In this document: piece after piece, positions 1-9,554 of the stretch
Layout: every line of letters begins with the position of its first letter
Numbering within the stretch: the stretch's first letter is position 1
From: Candidatus Freyarchaeum deiterrae
Lineage (GTDB): Archaea; Asgardarchaeota; Jordiarchaeia; Jordiarchaeales; Jordiarchaeaceae
Reading direction: 5' to 3'
Assembly (NCBI GenBank): GCA_037305845.1
Contig: CP147778.1
Coordinates: 2,208,001-2,272,000, forward strand
Length of the DNA stretch: 64,000 nt
Translations under genes and position numbers: made by a program
Notes under the pieces: model-generated
The model's input: only the letters and a program-made list of their open reading frames with translations
The model's database searches: none
Told to the model about the DNA's origin: nothing

Positions 1-70
1 GGCCAAAAGTACCGATATTCGTGGATGATTGCTTTTGCATAGCTTCCTCGATTGCTTTGATTTCAGACAG
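1..70 (-). CDS. eif2g: Translation initiation factor 2 gamma subunit, N-terminal fragment (runs off the window start)
   Basis: Manual translation LSEIKAIEEAMQKQSSTNIGTFG(H) matches the Q-x-x-x-NIG-x-x-GH(VDHGK) start of a/eIF2-gamma. GGAGG lies 8 nt before CTG at 70; an in-frame ATG is at 40. Confidence 0.7.
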   Translation of the reverse strand, partial: MSEIKAIEEAMQKQSSTNIGTFG

Positions 71-165
71 TTATATAGCCTCCTCTTCTTATCTAACTCT
101 TCACTTTCCACTTCTATAGATAAAAAATCTTTTAAAGTTTATCTAAAAAAATATACTTAATATAA

Positions 166-1515
166 TTAACGCTTGATATTAATAATACTTCCAGTTCCTT
201 GGGGAGCTATTATTTGTTCATCGGACATTACGCATAAACCTTTAATGAAGACCATTTTGGCTTTTCCTGTGACTTTCCAGCCATCGAAGGGGGAGAATTT
301 TGATTTGCTGTAAAATTTTTCTGGATTTATTTTCCATTTTTCTTTGAAGTCAACTAAAACCATATCCGCCTCATATCCTTCCAAGAGCATACCCTTATTT
401 TCAAGTTTGAATATTTGGGCAGGCGAGCGGGATGTCAACTCAATCAGTTTCTCCAATCTCAAATCTCCACGGGCAACCTTCGTGAGCATCAGGGGGAGCA
501 TCGTTTCTAAGCCGGGAAATCCGGATGGAGCATCTTGGAAGGGCTTCTCTTTTTCCGCGAGACTGTGTGGTGCGTGGTCGCTTGCAAGTGTGTTTATCAA
601 TCCCCCCAATAAAGCTGCCCATAGCGCGGAGTTATCGTTTTGCGTTCTTAGGGGTGGTAGTACTTTGGCGAATGCTCCTTGCTTTTTAATTTCATCTTTT
701 GTCAAAAAGAGATGGTGCGGCGTGGTTTCGCATGTTAATTTAGCTCCTTTGATCTGTTCCTCTTTTATGGTTGCTAATGATTCTCCAGAGGAAACGTGGC
801 AAATGTGTATGTGACATCCTGTTTTGATTCCCCATTTCGCGAACTTGATTATCGCTTTTTTCTCAGTTATTGCTGGGTGTGAACCTAAAAAAACTTCTAT
901 GTCAGTTAGCTTTTGCTGTCTTAATTCTGATTGCAATTTATTTATGGTTTCCAAATCGTCAGGATGTATGGAAACTGGTAGGTTATTATTTGCTGCTGCT
1001 TTAAGATATGAAAGGGTTTCTTCTTCGTTCTTCCAATCGATTTCTTCGGATGGATCATGTGGATATATCTTGAATCCAACTATTCCTTCCTTTGCCATCT
1101 TTTCAACTTCGTTTAGCCTTGAAGGGAATCCTGCGTGAAAAGCCAAATTTACAACAATTTTCTTCCTAGCTTCCTCCTTCTTTTCTACAAGCGCTTTCAA
1201 AGAGGATGTTCGGGGAACAGTGTTAGGCATATCAATAACTGTGGTTATTCCCCCTGCCGCAGCGGCGCATGTCCCGGTATAGAAGTCTTCCTTATAAGAA
1301 AGTTCCATATCCCTCAAATGAACATGCGAGTCAATAAGGCCCGGCAATAGAAGAAAACCTTTCGCGTCTACAACTTCGTCTGCTCTGGGTAATTCTGGCT
1401 CTTTCGAAAGCTTTACAATCTTTTGTTTCTCGACCGCCAGTCCCCCAGTTACTATCCCTTGGAAAGTAAATATTTTAGCGTTTTTTAAAACCAGATCCAC
1501 AGTAGAGGACGTCAT
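166..1515 (-). CDS. pyrC: Dihydroorotase / cyclic amidohydrolase family protein
   Basis: PGLIDSHVHLR, AAAGGITTVIDMPN, TCETTPHHL, SDHAPH and SKSKFSPF motifs. Confidence 0.85.
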   Translation of the reverse strand: MTSSTVDLVLKNAKIFTFQGIVTGGLAVEKQKIVKLSKEPELPRADEVVDAKGFLLLPGLIDSHVHLRDMELSYKEDFYTGTCAAAAGGITTVIDMPNTVPRTSSLKALVEKKEEARKKIVVNLAFHAGFPSRLNEVEKMAKEGIVGFKIYPHDPSEEIDWKNEEETLSYLKAAANNNLPVSIHPDDLETINKLQSELRQQKLTDIEVFLGSHPAITEKKAIIKFAKWGIKTGCHIHICHVSSGESLATIKEEQIKGAKLTCETTPHHLFLTKDEIKKQGAFAKVLPPLRTQNDNSALWAALLGGLINTLASDHAPHSLAEKEKPFQDAPSGFPGLETMLPLMLTKVARGDLRLEKLIELTSRSPAQIFKLENKGMLLEGYEADMVLVDFKEKWKINPEKFYSKSKFSPFDGWKVTGKAKMVFIKGLCVMSDEQIIAPQGTGSIINIKR

Positions 1516-1538
1516 AGTTTTGGCATCTGTTTTTTGTT

Positions 1539-2339
1539 TTAAACCGTGAATTTATTGGCTACTAGCCTGGTCAAATCTGTTTTAGTTAAAATTCCATTTA
1601 AACGCTCTTCGTAGTTTATGACTGGTAAACTCTTAACTCTCTCTTTACGCATCTGATCCGCTGCAAGACTAATTTTATTGTCAGGATGAAGCTTTGTAGG
1701 CGCTTTTTGCATTATTTCGTTCACATCTATGTGTCTTATTCTCTCTTCCTGGTATTTTCCGGGTACATTATCACGGAACTGCGCCAAATATAACGCAATT
1801 TGGCCCTCGGTTACCATTCCCACCACTTTTCCTTCTTCTAAGACGGGTAAACTACTGATATTTCTTTCAAGCATTGTTCTTCTAACATTTACAACTCTGT
1901 CAAAGGGTGTGGTGGTAATGGGAGACTTTGTCATTATCTGTCCGACAAAGATGTTTTCTATGTGGAAGCAGAGGCGTGTCATAGTGGATTTGGTTATAAC
2001 ACCTACCAATTCTCCGTTCTCAATCACTGGTAGACTCGAAATTTGTTTGTCTATCATCATTTTAGCTGCTTCAACAACATCTGTTTGTGGAGCGACGGTT
2101 AGGGGATTACCACTCATAACTCCAGAAACATGAACGCCCGAAGCGGTGAGTGACTTCATCTTACTGGAGCCCAATCGGTCGAAAATATCTTTTTCCGTTA
2201 TTACTCCAACTAATTTTCCTTTATCAACGACCAAAAGGCGGGAAACACGTTTCTTCACCATCAGCTCCATGGCGTAAGAAACCATATCATCTTTATCAAC
2301 TGTATACAAGCCTTTAACCATAATGTCCTTAACCAGCAA
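1539..2339 (-). CDS. CBS domain protein (4 CBS repeats)
   Basis: Repeated V.DIM / LPV...G.LVG.IT..D motifs. Confidence 0.9.
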   Translation of the reverse strand: MLVKDIMVKGLYTVDKDDMVSYAMELMVKKRVSRLLVVDKGKLVGVITEKDIFDRLGSSKMKSLTASGVHVSGVMSGNPLTVAPQTDVVEAAKMMIDKQISSLPVIENGELVGVITKSTMTRLCFHIENIFVGQIMTKSPITTTPFDRVVNVRRTMLERNISSLPVLEEGKVVGMVTEGQIALYLAQFRDNVPGKYQEERIRHIDVNEIMQKAPTKLHPDNKISLAADQMRKERVKSLPVINYEERLNGILTKTDLTRLVANKFTV

Positions 2340-2549
2340 TTTGATTTCCTCCTATTAAATAACCTACTTTGCTTTCATCATTGATTATTGACCAAACTGA
2401 ACTCATGGACTCTATTATCTACGTTATAAAATACTTCTTTCATGTTATATTTGATTGGTCCCTTTTCCCATTACTTATTTTCACTAAGTGTGTGTAGTTT
2501 TTAGTTCGAGTATTATGTTATGACACTTTTAAGTATACATTTATTGTTT

Positions 2550-4544
2550 TTATGAGTTTTGCGAAATTTCAGCTCCCCCAGAAGGCAGGATGTTTTCTAT
2601 ATCATTTACTGAAATTAGATTAATTTTTTCTACCAGTTCAGGTGTGGACTTTTTCGATAACTGATATTTTATCTGCTTGGCTAGTTTTCCTTTGGCGATT
2701 GATCCGGGTTTGATAATCACGAAGTTTTTTGTCTGTGCTTCAATCGCTGATGGGGGGCCGCATACAGGTAAAATTTCGTCGTCGCTTTCAATCACTCCCA
2801 CAGCGAGTTTCAGCGGAACCCCCTTAACATAGTTCCTCTGACCTTTGATTATAAATGAGCCGCGTTCCAAGTATTCCCCCGAAGGGGGGCTTTCAGAGAC
2901 TTGGTCACTAGTTACCCAGTATACGTCAGCCTGGCCCCACCCCGATTTCCAAGCGCTCGAAAATGAAACCGCAAATTGCGCGGCTTCTTGTAAAGTCTCA
3001 TCCGAGACTGGTTTTTCGCTCTTTTTGATTATCACTACGGGGGCGCCTTTAAAATCGGCGTGCATGAAAAGGTCATCAGGTTCCATGTGTTTATTGTAAA
3101 GGGTTGTGTTGGTTTTAACATCTCGTCCACCCAACACTAAAACACCTTCCGATGATTTGAACCATCTGAAGGATTCGTACCATTTTTTCTTACGCCCTTT
3201 TAAAAGCTTAGTAGGAGCTATTTCCGTAGGTGGTGTTTCTTCTGCAGTCTCGATCAGCTTAAGTGTTTTTTCAATAGCCTTTTTAGCTCCCTCGGCCTTA
3301 GAAGCTGCCTTCTTCGCTTGTACATAAAATAGATTTGCGTTTTCAACTGCTGATTTTCGATAATCCAGTTCTATACGCTCTCCCTCAATATTAACAAATA
3401 TTTTTGCGGACTTGGAGTTTAACTCCTCAAAAATCTTTGCCGAAGGGACTTTATCACTCGCTTCTCTAACCTTTTCCTCTATCTCTGACCAGGGGTAGTT
3501 TCTCTGTCTTGCGGAAACGATAGTTTCCAGCAACTCTTTAACTGAATTTAGATTTCCATAGATTAAGTCTCCGTGCTTTCTATATTTCTTCTCGGAAGAC
3601 TCCATTTTGGCTATCTTTGTCTTCTGCTCTTCAAGCATTCTCTGATAACGATCAACCTCGGATTCGACTACTTCTGAAACCTTTTGCTCTGATTCAAAAA
3701 CTTCTCCAGCACTGTAGAACTCATCAGCCGCCTGATTAAAGCTGTCAAAAGTTCGAAACTGCATTCCCTCATACAATTTAAGTTCAAAGGGATCAACAGA
3801 GACCAAATCCGAGTTTTTTGAAACTATTCTTGGACTAAATTCTCTCTTATCCAGTGAACCAATTAGACCCTTTAAGGTGAAAAGAATTTTCTCCAAGTCC
3901 TGGGAAGACATAGTAGATGCGGGTGTGTTCTTATCTATACCCGCCCTAATACACAATTCCTCAGCGTAAACGCCACCAATGTTTAGATTTCTCGCAATTG
4001 TGCGTACCATATCGGTATCCGACTGAGAAAAAGTAGTCTTCAGCCAATCAAAGTCTACGTTCCGTGGATCAGCCCCTCTCGTAGGAGGGTACTGAAACTC
4101 CCTCTTGGGAAGTATTTCCCTATCTTTCATTCTAAGAAAGTGTCTGGCAATAAAGATTTTTCCCTCTGGATCCAAAAGAATAATGTTTCCATCACCGAAA
4201 AATTCAATAATAAGCGAGTACCTATCATCGGGCAATCCAACGTCAATAATTACAAGACGGTCAAAATCATACTGGCGTATCTCTGTAACACGCCGATTTC
4301 GAAGATACTTTCGAAGAGTCATACAAAAATTACTTGGTAACCTAGGTTTCGGACGCTGGTATCCCGTTAAATGAATTCGGCGCCCCAAATCAACCAAAAG
4401 AGTAGCGCTCCCATGCACCTGGGACCTCAACTTAAAAAGGAAAATATCGTTAAACTGATATATGTTACGAATCCATGACCCATCAAGAACGGGTTTCAAC
4501 TCCGAAATAATAGCCGCAATATCCACGTTAGACATTCCATTCAT
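2550..4544 (-). CDS. rqcH: Ribosome quality control protein Rqc2/NEMF (NFACT family)
   Basis: MSNVDIA, FCMTLRKYL, Q.DFDR, EFFGDGNIIL, WYESFRWF.SS.G, GGRD and FMHAD..GAP motifs. Confidence 0.92.
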   Translation of the reverse strand: MNGMSNVDIAAIISELKPVLDGSWIRNIYQFNDIFLFKLRSQVHGSATLLVDLGRRIHLTGYQRPKPRLPSNFCMTLRKYLRNRRVTEIRQYDFDRLVIIDVGLPDDRYSLIIEFFGDGNIILLDPEGKIFIARHFLRMKDREILPKREFQYPPTRGADPRNVDFDWLKTTFSQSDTDMVRTIARNLNIGGVYAEELCIRAGIDKNTPASTMSSQDLEKILFTLKGLIGSLDKREFSPRIVSKNSDLVSVDPFELKLYEGMQFRTFDSFNQAADEFYSAGEVFESEQKVSEVVESEVDRYQRMLEEQKTKIAKMESSEKKYRKHGDLIYGNLNSVKELLETIVSARQRNYPWSEIEEKVREASDKVPSAKIFEELNSKSAKIFVNIEGERIELDYRKSAVENANLFYVQAKKAASKAEGAKKAIEKTLKLIETAEETPPTEIAPTKLLKGRKKKWYESFRWFKSSEGVLVLGGRDVKTNTTLYNKHMEPDDLFMHADFKGAPVVIIKKSEKPVSDETLQEAAQFAVSFSSAWKSGWGQADVYWVTSDQVSESPPSGEYLERGSFIIKGQRNYVKGVPLKLAVGVIESDDEILPVCGPPSAIEAQTKNFVIIKPGSIAKGKLAKQIKYQLSKKSTPELVEKINLISVNDIENILPSGGAEISQNS

Positions 4545-4562
4545 CTAAAAAACCACCCAAAA

Positions 4563-5006
4563 TTGGAGGATAAATCAATGACAATGGCAAATAAGGAAAA
4601 GTCAACGACAAATATACTAGTAAGAAAATGGCAAGAACAATCACCCAAAGATAAACTGTACTGGATGAGAGCCCTTTTCGCAGCAATAGGCGCGTTCATA
4701 AGCACAATAATCCGTCCAATAATGTTCTCTCCGCTTTTAGACACACCATTTACGAGCATTCGCCCCGCCTTAGACGCCGCAGTTATAGGCGTCCTCGTGA
4801 TGCTAGGGTTGTCCACGTTAGTAAGCTACGTGCTCCTGAAAATCACACCGGACCTCGTCGGCAGCCGGTCAAGCTTCATCACTGCGGGTTTCGTAACAGG
4901 GTTATTCCTATGGTTAGTAATTTGGACTGTACTATATAACATCATCCTATCCTTATCACCACCAATAACACTAATGCAGCTTATTTCAGTACTGGCTTCG
5001 ATTTAA
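4563..5006 (+). CDS. EMC6/Rab5ip(OPTI)-like three-TM membrane protein
   Basis: KLYWMRALFAAIGA and FITAGFVTGLFLWLVIWTVLYN resemble the YW.R...and G....F.LF...W...Y signatures of the Rab5ip/EMC6 family. Confidence 0.6.
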   Translation: MEDKSMTMANKEKSTTNILVRKWQEQSPKDKLYWMRALFAAIGAFISTIIRPIMFSPLLDTPFTSIRPALDAAVIGVLVMLGLSTLVSYVLLKITPDLVGSRSSFITAGFVTGLFLWLVIWTVLYNIILSLSPPITLMQLISVLASI

Positions 5007-5648
5007 TCCAATCTAAGAACAATTCAGATTAGCTAAATATTTTTTTAACAAACCAAGCAAACTCCATAAAACTCTACACGCAATAGAACCAAAATTACAC
5101 CTAAATTGTCAACTATAAAACAAAATTCTTCTTAAATACCGGTTCGAACGAAAACCCCGTTCTAATCTGAACTCCGAATCTCAGTTTACTCCGCAAATCC
5201 ATTAGAAAGGCGCCCCAAAAGGGATTCATAATCTCCCTTAAACTATTTCACAATTCTATTTTTCTCGAATACACGTTGCATAAATCGCTTTCTTTTTAAG
5301 AGAAAAAATTCTTTTAAACTCTGTGGGTATAAAAACTTCCCAAAATCAAGCAAAACTGCGGAGGAAATCATAGTTTCCACAGAGTATGGGCGGGGTTTTA
5401 ACCTAAAAATTAAGAAGCTCATGTAATACGAAAATGTTTTCAAAATGTTCTAAGCAGTTAATATGTTATGTTTCGTAAAAATTAAAAAATTACTATTAAT
5501 CATAAACTTATCAATAAAAGTTTAATAAACAAGTGATAAAATTGCGAAAATCACAGAAAAACTTTTATTCAACTCCAACGTACTACTAAACAAGAAACTA
5601 AAATAATAAAAAAAACTAAAAAATTTTATAAAATAGACAGAAAACGTA

Positions 5649-6146
5649 ATGGGAAGGAATAGAATGCTTGTAGAAATAGACGACCTCGACCGAAAAATAT
5701 TAGCCTACCTTCAAGAAAATTCCAGAGTACCATTCACACAAATTGCCAAAGAACTAGACGTACCAGATACAACCATACATTTCCGAGTAAAAAAACTCCT
5801 AGAAAATCAGGTTATACGCCAATTCACCGTCGTAGTCTCAGCAGAAAAACTAGGTTACGGAGCATCTGCCATAGTTAGAATCAACATCGGAGGACACATA
5901 ATACCCGATATAAGCTTACAAAGAACAAGAGAAATCGCGGATAAACTCAAAAAAACGAACCAAGTAAGATTCCTTGCAACTGGCGACCACGGCACCTCAC
6001 TATACGCAGTAATACTAGCCCGCTCCAAACAAGAACTAGAAAAACTACTATCCGATCTACAATCTAACCCGGATATACAAGACCTAAACGTTTGGGAATT
6101 ACAAAATCTCCTGAAGGGGGAAGAAATCATAAGCCCGCTACCATAA
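5649..6146 (+). CDS. Lrp/AsnC family transcriptional regulator
   Basis: IDDLDRKILAYLQENSRVPFTQIAKELDV..TTIHFRVKKL HTH plus C-terminal RAM-like domain. Confidence 0.92.
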   Translation: MGRNRMLVEIDDLDRKILAYLQENSRVPFTQIAKELDVPDTTIHFRVKKLLENQVIRQFTVVVSAEKLGYGASAIVRINIGGHIIPDISLQRTREIADKLKKTNQVRFLATGDHGTSLYAVILARSKQELEKLLSDLQSNPDIQDLNVWELQNLLKGEEIISPLP

Positions 6147-6155
6147 GATAAAAAG

Positions 6156-6890
6156 GTGAACACAATGATGGAAAGAATAAAATCAGGAATCCCTGGACTG
6201 GATGGAATACTACACGGAGGATTCGTAAAAGGAACAAACATCCTAGTCTCTGGAGGAGCAGGAACAGGAAAAACAATATGCTGCATGCAATTCCTACACG
6301 CTGGAGCAAGCAAATACGAACAACCGGGAATCTTCGTAACCCTTGAAGAAAAACCACGAGAAATAAGAAGAGAAGCTAAACAATTCGGGTGGGACTTCGA
6401 AAAACTAGAACAGGAAAACAAACTCATAATCATAGACGCTGCATCAAGCAAGGCTGGACTACCAACCACGGAACCGTACACATTAAGAAGAGGCTTCGAC
6501 ATAAGCACACTGGCACAAGAAATCTACAAAGCCACAAAACAAATAGACGCCCAAAGAATAGCCATAGACTCACTCAGTGGGCTAGGAATAAGATTCGAAT
6601 CCCAAACAGCAATCAGAAACGCAATCTTCAAACTCGCATCACTCCTAGGAGAACTACAAACAACCAGCCTCATGACCAGCGAAATGACAGGAAAAACAGG
6701 ATACAGCCGATACGGAGTTGAGGAATTCATTTCTCAGGGCATAATTGTTTTGTACTTGAATGAGGAGAATGGTGAGTTACGTCGCAGTTTGGTTGTTCGT
6801 AAGCTTCGTTTCTCGAGTCACAGTCTTAAGGTGTACCCAATCGAGATTGGTAGTCGGGGTATTGTGATTATGCCTGGGGGCGAGCTCTAA
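6156..6890 (+). CDS. KaiC/RAD55-like single-domain ATPase
   Basis: SGIPGLD, GGAGTGKT, LEE, RIAIDSL and R.L.V.KLR.S.H motifs. Confidence 0.92.
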   Translation: MNTMMERIKSGIPGLDGILHGGFVKGTNILVSGGAGTGKTICCMQFLHAGASKYEQPGIFVTLEEKPREIRREAKQFGWDFEKLEQENKLIIIDAASSKAGLPTTEPYTLRRGFDISTLAQEIYKATKQIDAQRIAIDSLSGLGIRFESQTAIRNAIFKLASLLGELQTTSLMTSEMTGKTGYSRYGVEEFISQGIIVLYLNEENGELRRSLVVRKLRFSSHSLKVYPIEIGSRGIVIMPGGEL

Positions 6891-7112
6891 GTATTTTGTT
6901 TTTGTCTGGTTTGTTTGGGTTTAGTTGGGTCTATGTCGTAATTTAGATTTATTGACCGAGAGTTTCCTAGTAGGAGCTTTGTATCTGATTTTCGATTACT
7001 TGTTCGGCTCGTTTTATCTGTCCTTTTCTTCTTTTGTTGGATTTTAGGTTTTGTTGTTTATTCGAAGTAGATAAACCATAATCCCATTTATTTTGTGTTT
7101 TCGTCTTTAGAT

Positions 7113-7871
7113 TTACTGAAATCCATTAATTAGATCGTTGAGGAATATTAGGCGGTTCGTTGCGTTGTAGCTTTTGAGGAGGTTTAGGGGATATTCTATG
7201 TTTCCAACGCGTGTTTTTATGTGAGCGTCAGTTCCTATAGAGAGTTTTATATCTTCCTTTTTTAATATAGAATTGAATTTTTCATGTTTGTAATTATCTT
7301 TGGAAGTGTTTAGTTCTACGAAGAGTTGGGCGTCGGTCAACTTGTCGATGACTTTTTCCAATTTATCCTCATTTAGAAAACGTACTTCCATATGTGCAAT
7401 TCCTACCGGAAGATTGTCTGGGAGTATTTCTTTGAACTTTTTTATTTTCGATATGATTATTTCGGGGTCTCTTATTTCAATCGGGTAGTAACTGTATGGA
7501 TCTGTTACATACTCAAACAAGTAGTAGTCGAATTTTTGACTGGTTAGCACTTCAATGGATTTGGCGGATAAAAAATCGGATGTTCTTGCATCAACTTCCA
7601 GAGCTGCTTTTATCCTGATCTGTTTTTCGAACTCTTTCCCAAGGGATTTAACCTCTTCGTAATAGTCTGGAAGCTTTTTTACTATTTTGGGGCTTTTTTC
7701 AGGATCCGTAGAAAAATGGTCTGAAAAGCCTATTACGTGCATATCTTTGGATATGGCATACTCCACGATTTCTCGGCAGGTCGAAACTCCGTCAGACCAT
7801 TTTGTGTGAATGTGGAGATCAAAATTCGGTTTTAAAACCAATTTTGAAGCCTCTTGTCGATTGGTGTTCAT
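7113..7871 (-). CDS. PHP domain phosphoesterase
   Basis: DLHIHT.WSDG, SDH, AH, ELN and GTDAH motifs. Confidence 0.88.
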   Translation of the reverse strand: MNTNRQEASKLVLKPNFDLHIHTKWSDGVSTCREIVEYAISKDMHVIGFSDHFSTDPEKSPKIVKKLPDYYEEVKSLGKEFEKQIRIKAALEVDARTSDFLSAKSIEVLTSQKFDYYLFEYVTDPYSYYPIEIRDPEIIISKIKKFKEILPDNLPVGIAHMEVRFLNEDKLEKVIDKLTDAQLFVELNTSKDNYKHEKFNSILKKEDIKLSIGTDAHIKTRVGNIEYPLNLLKSYNATNRLIFLNDLINGFQ

Positions 7872-7994
7872 TATTTTTTGCTCGCGGCTTACTATGCTAT
7901 TCTTGTATTGATGGACTGTGTGATGGTTATTAATGCTTTTTCTAATGGTTTGGTTTGAGAACTCCTGTTACTGGAGCGGAGGTGTTCTTTGTTT

Positions 7995-8549
7995 CTACGG
8001 TTTTTCATCTCGGAAAGCTACTATTACGATATCTTCGCTTACTTCGTATACTTCCTTTTCTTTTAGGCCATTGTTTTCAATTAATTCAAATATTTCTTTT
8101 TTTGTTGCCTTTTTCTTAAGAGTGGAGAGAACTGCTAAGCCTTTTTTCTCAAGTGTTCTCTTGATTTCTCTAACCGTTATTTGTGGGTGTTCTACGTTCT
8201 GTAGAATTGTTACTCCGAATACTTTGCTAAATGTTTTGTCTTTGAATGGTAGGTTGTTTAAATCCGCTTGAATAAGGTCAGAATCCCTAACTTTACTCTT
8301 GGCGATTCTTATCATTTCCTTGGAAAAGTCTACTCCCACCACTCTGTGTTTTGAGGAAAATTTCTGCAAAAGCATACCTGTTCCGCAGCCAGCATCAAGA
8401 ATCAAGTCCCTTTTTTTGAAAGCTATTTTGGAGAGCATCGCACTGTACTTCTCTTCCTGAATTTCTCTATATCTTTGATCGTAAATCCTGGCCGTCTGAT
8501 CGTATAAAGACATTTTGTTTTTAGGGGTGGGGGTGCTTTCATTTTTCAT
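7995..8549 (-). CDS. Class I SAM-dependent methyltransferase
   Basis: ILDAGCGTG, GVDFS and AD..NLPF.D motifs. Confidence 0.9.
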   Translation of the reverse strand: MKNESTPTPKNKMSLYDQTARIYDQRYREIQEEKYSAMLSKIAFKKRDLILDAGCGTGMLLQKFSSKHRVVGVDFSKEMIRIAKSKVRDSDLIQADLNNLPFKDKTFSKVFGVTILQNVEHPQITVREIKRTLEKKGLAVLSTLKKKATKKEIFELIENNGLKEKEVYEVSEDIVIVAFRDEKP

Positions 8550-8593
8550 GGCGAATCTCTTTTATTGTTTTACGCAGATTAATAATCATTAAG

Positions 8594-9382
8594 GTGGTAT
8601 ATATGGTTGAGCGTCAACCCGTAGAATACTTTAGCAATCCCGCCCCTGCAAACGCGGCTAAGACTATTATCGATGCTCTTAACCAAATCCGTACAATAAT
8701 TATTGTTGGTGAGTGTACCATAAAGTACCAAGGGCGGGCAAGTTCAGAGCTAGGTTCAGGTGAACGTGTTGTATTCCTTAAAAAAGATGGCTCTTTTCTT
8801 GTTCATAGAGCTTGGGATTCTCAACCAGTGAACTGGCAGCCCCCGGGATGTATTTTTCAAACTAATTCGACGAAAAAAGGTATGCTTCTAAAAGCAATCA
8901 GGAAGAAACCACGGGAATCAATCGAAATCCTGTTCTCAAAAGTTTTTAGTATTCTCGTTTTGAACCTGAAGGATGAAGCAGAGTTTATTATGTTTGGTAG
9001 CGAGGAAGACATGCAGACGGCGGTTCTAGCAAAGCCTGAACTTATTGAAGAAGGGTTTAAACCGATTTTGAAAGAAAAAGTGGTTGATCAAGGATTTGTA
9101 GACGTGTACGGTGTTGATAATCAGGGGAGAATTCTCATGATTGAGTTGAAGAGGAGGAAGGCACAGGTTCAGGATGTAGTCCAGTTATTAAAGTACATTG
9201 AGGATGTTAGAAGAAAGAGCCCAGGGAGATCAGTTCGGGGTATGCTTGCAGCGCCATCCATTTCAAAAGAAGCGTCAGTAATGATTCAGACTAACGGGCT
9301 TGAATTCAAGGCGCTGAATCCCCAAACATGCGCTGAAGTTTTAAAATTAACATCCTCCAAGAAGATAACCGAATTCATTTGA
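8594..9382 (+). CDS. nucS: Endonuclease NucS/EndoMS
   Basis: Y.GRA.S.L..G.R, K.DGS.LVH, PVNWQPPG, ELKRR and VVQL..Y motifs. Confidence 0.95.
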   Translation: MVYMVERQPVEYFSNPAPANAAKTIIDALNQIRTIIIVGECTIKYQGRASSELGSGERVVFLKKDGSFLVHRAWDSQPVNWQPPGCIFQTNSTKKGMLLKAIRKKPRESIEILFSKVFSILVLNLKDEAEFIMFGSEEDMQTAVLAKPELIEEGFKPILKEKVVDQGFVDVYGVDNQGRILMIELKRRKAQVQDVVQLLKYIEDVRRKSPGRSVRGMLAAPSISKEASVMIQTNGLEFKALNPQTCAEVLKLTSSKKITEFI

Positions 9383-9554
9383 AAAAATGCGTTTAGTTTA
9401 TAGGAAAAAAAATATAATAAAAGTTAATACTGTTAAATATCTTCACATATCTAGTATAATAGGACTTTTCTTAAAATGGTTGGAATTGGGTTTGGTTTAA
9501 GTTCATATTACTCCTGAAAGAATTGTAAAGGAGGCTTTGTAGGAGGAACAATTT

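Noticed and set aside
5373-5385. ORB-like GTTTCCAC suggesting a replication origin
   Set aside because: Single partial match, no repeated ORBs and no adjacent orc1/cdc6.
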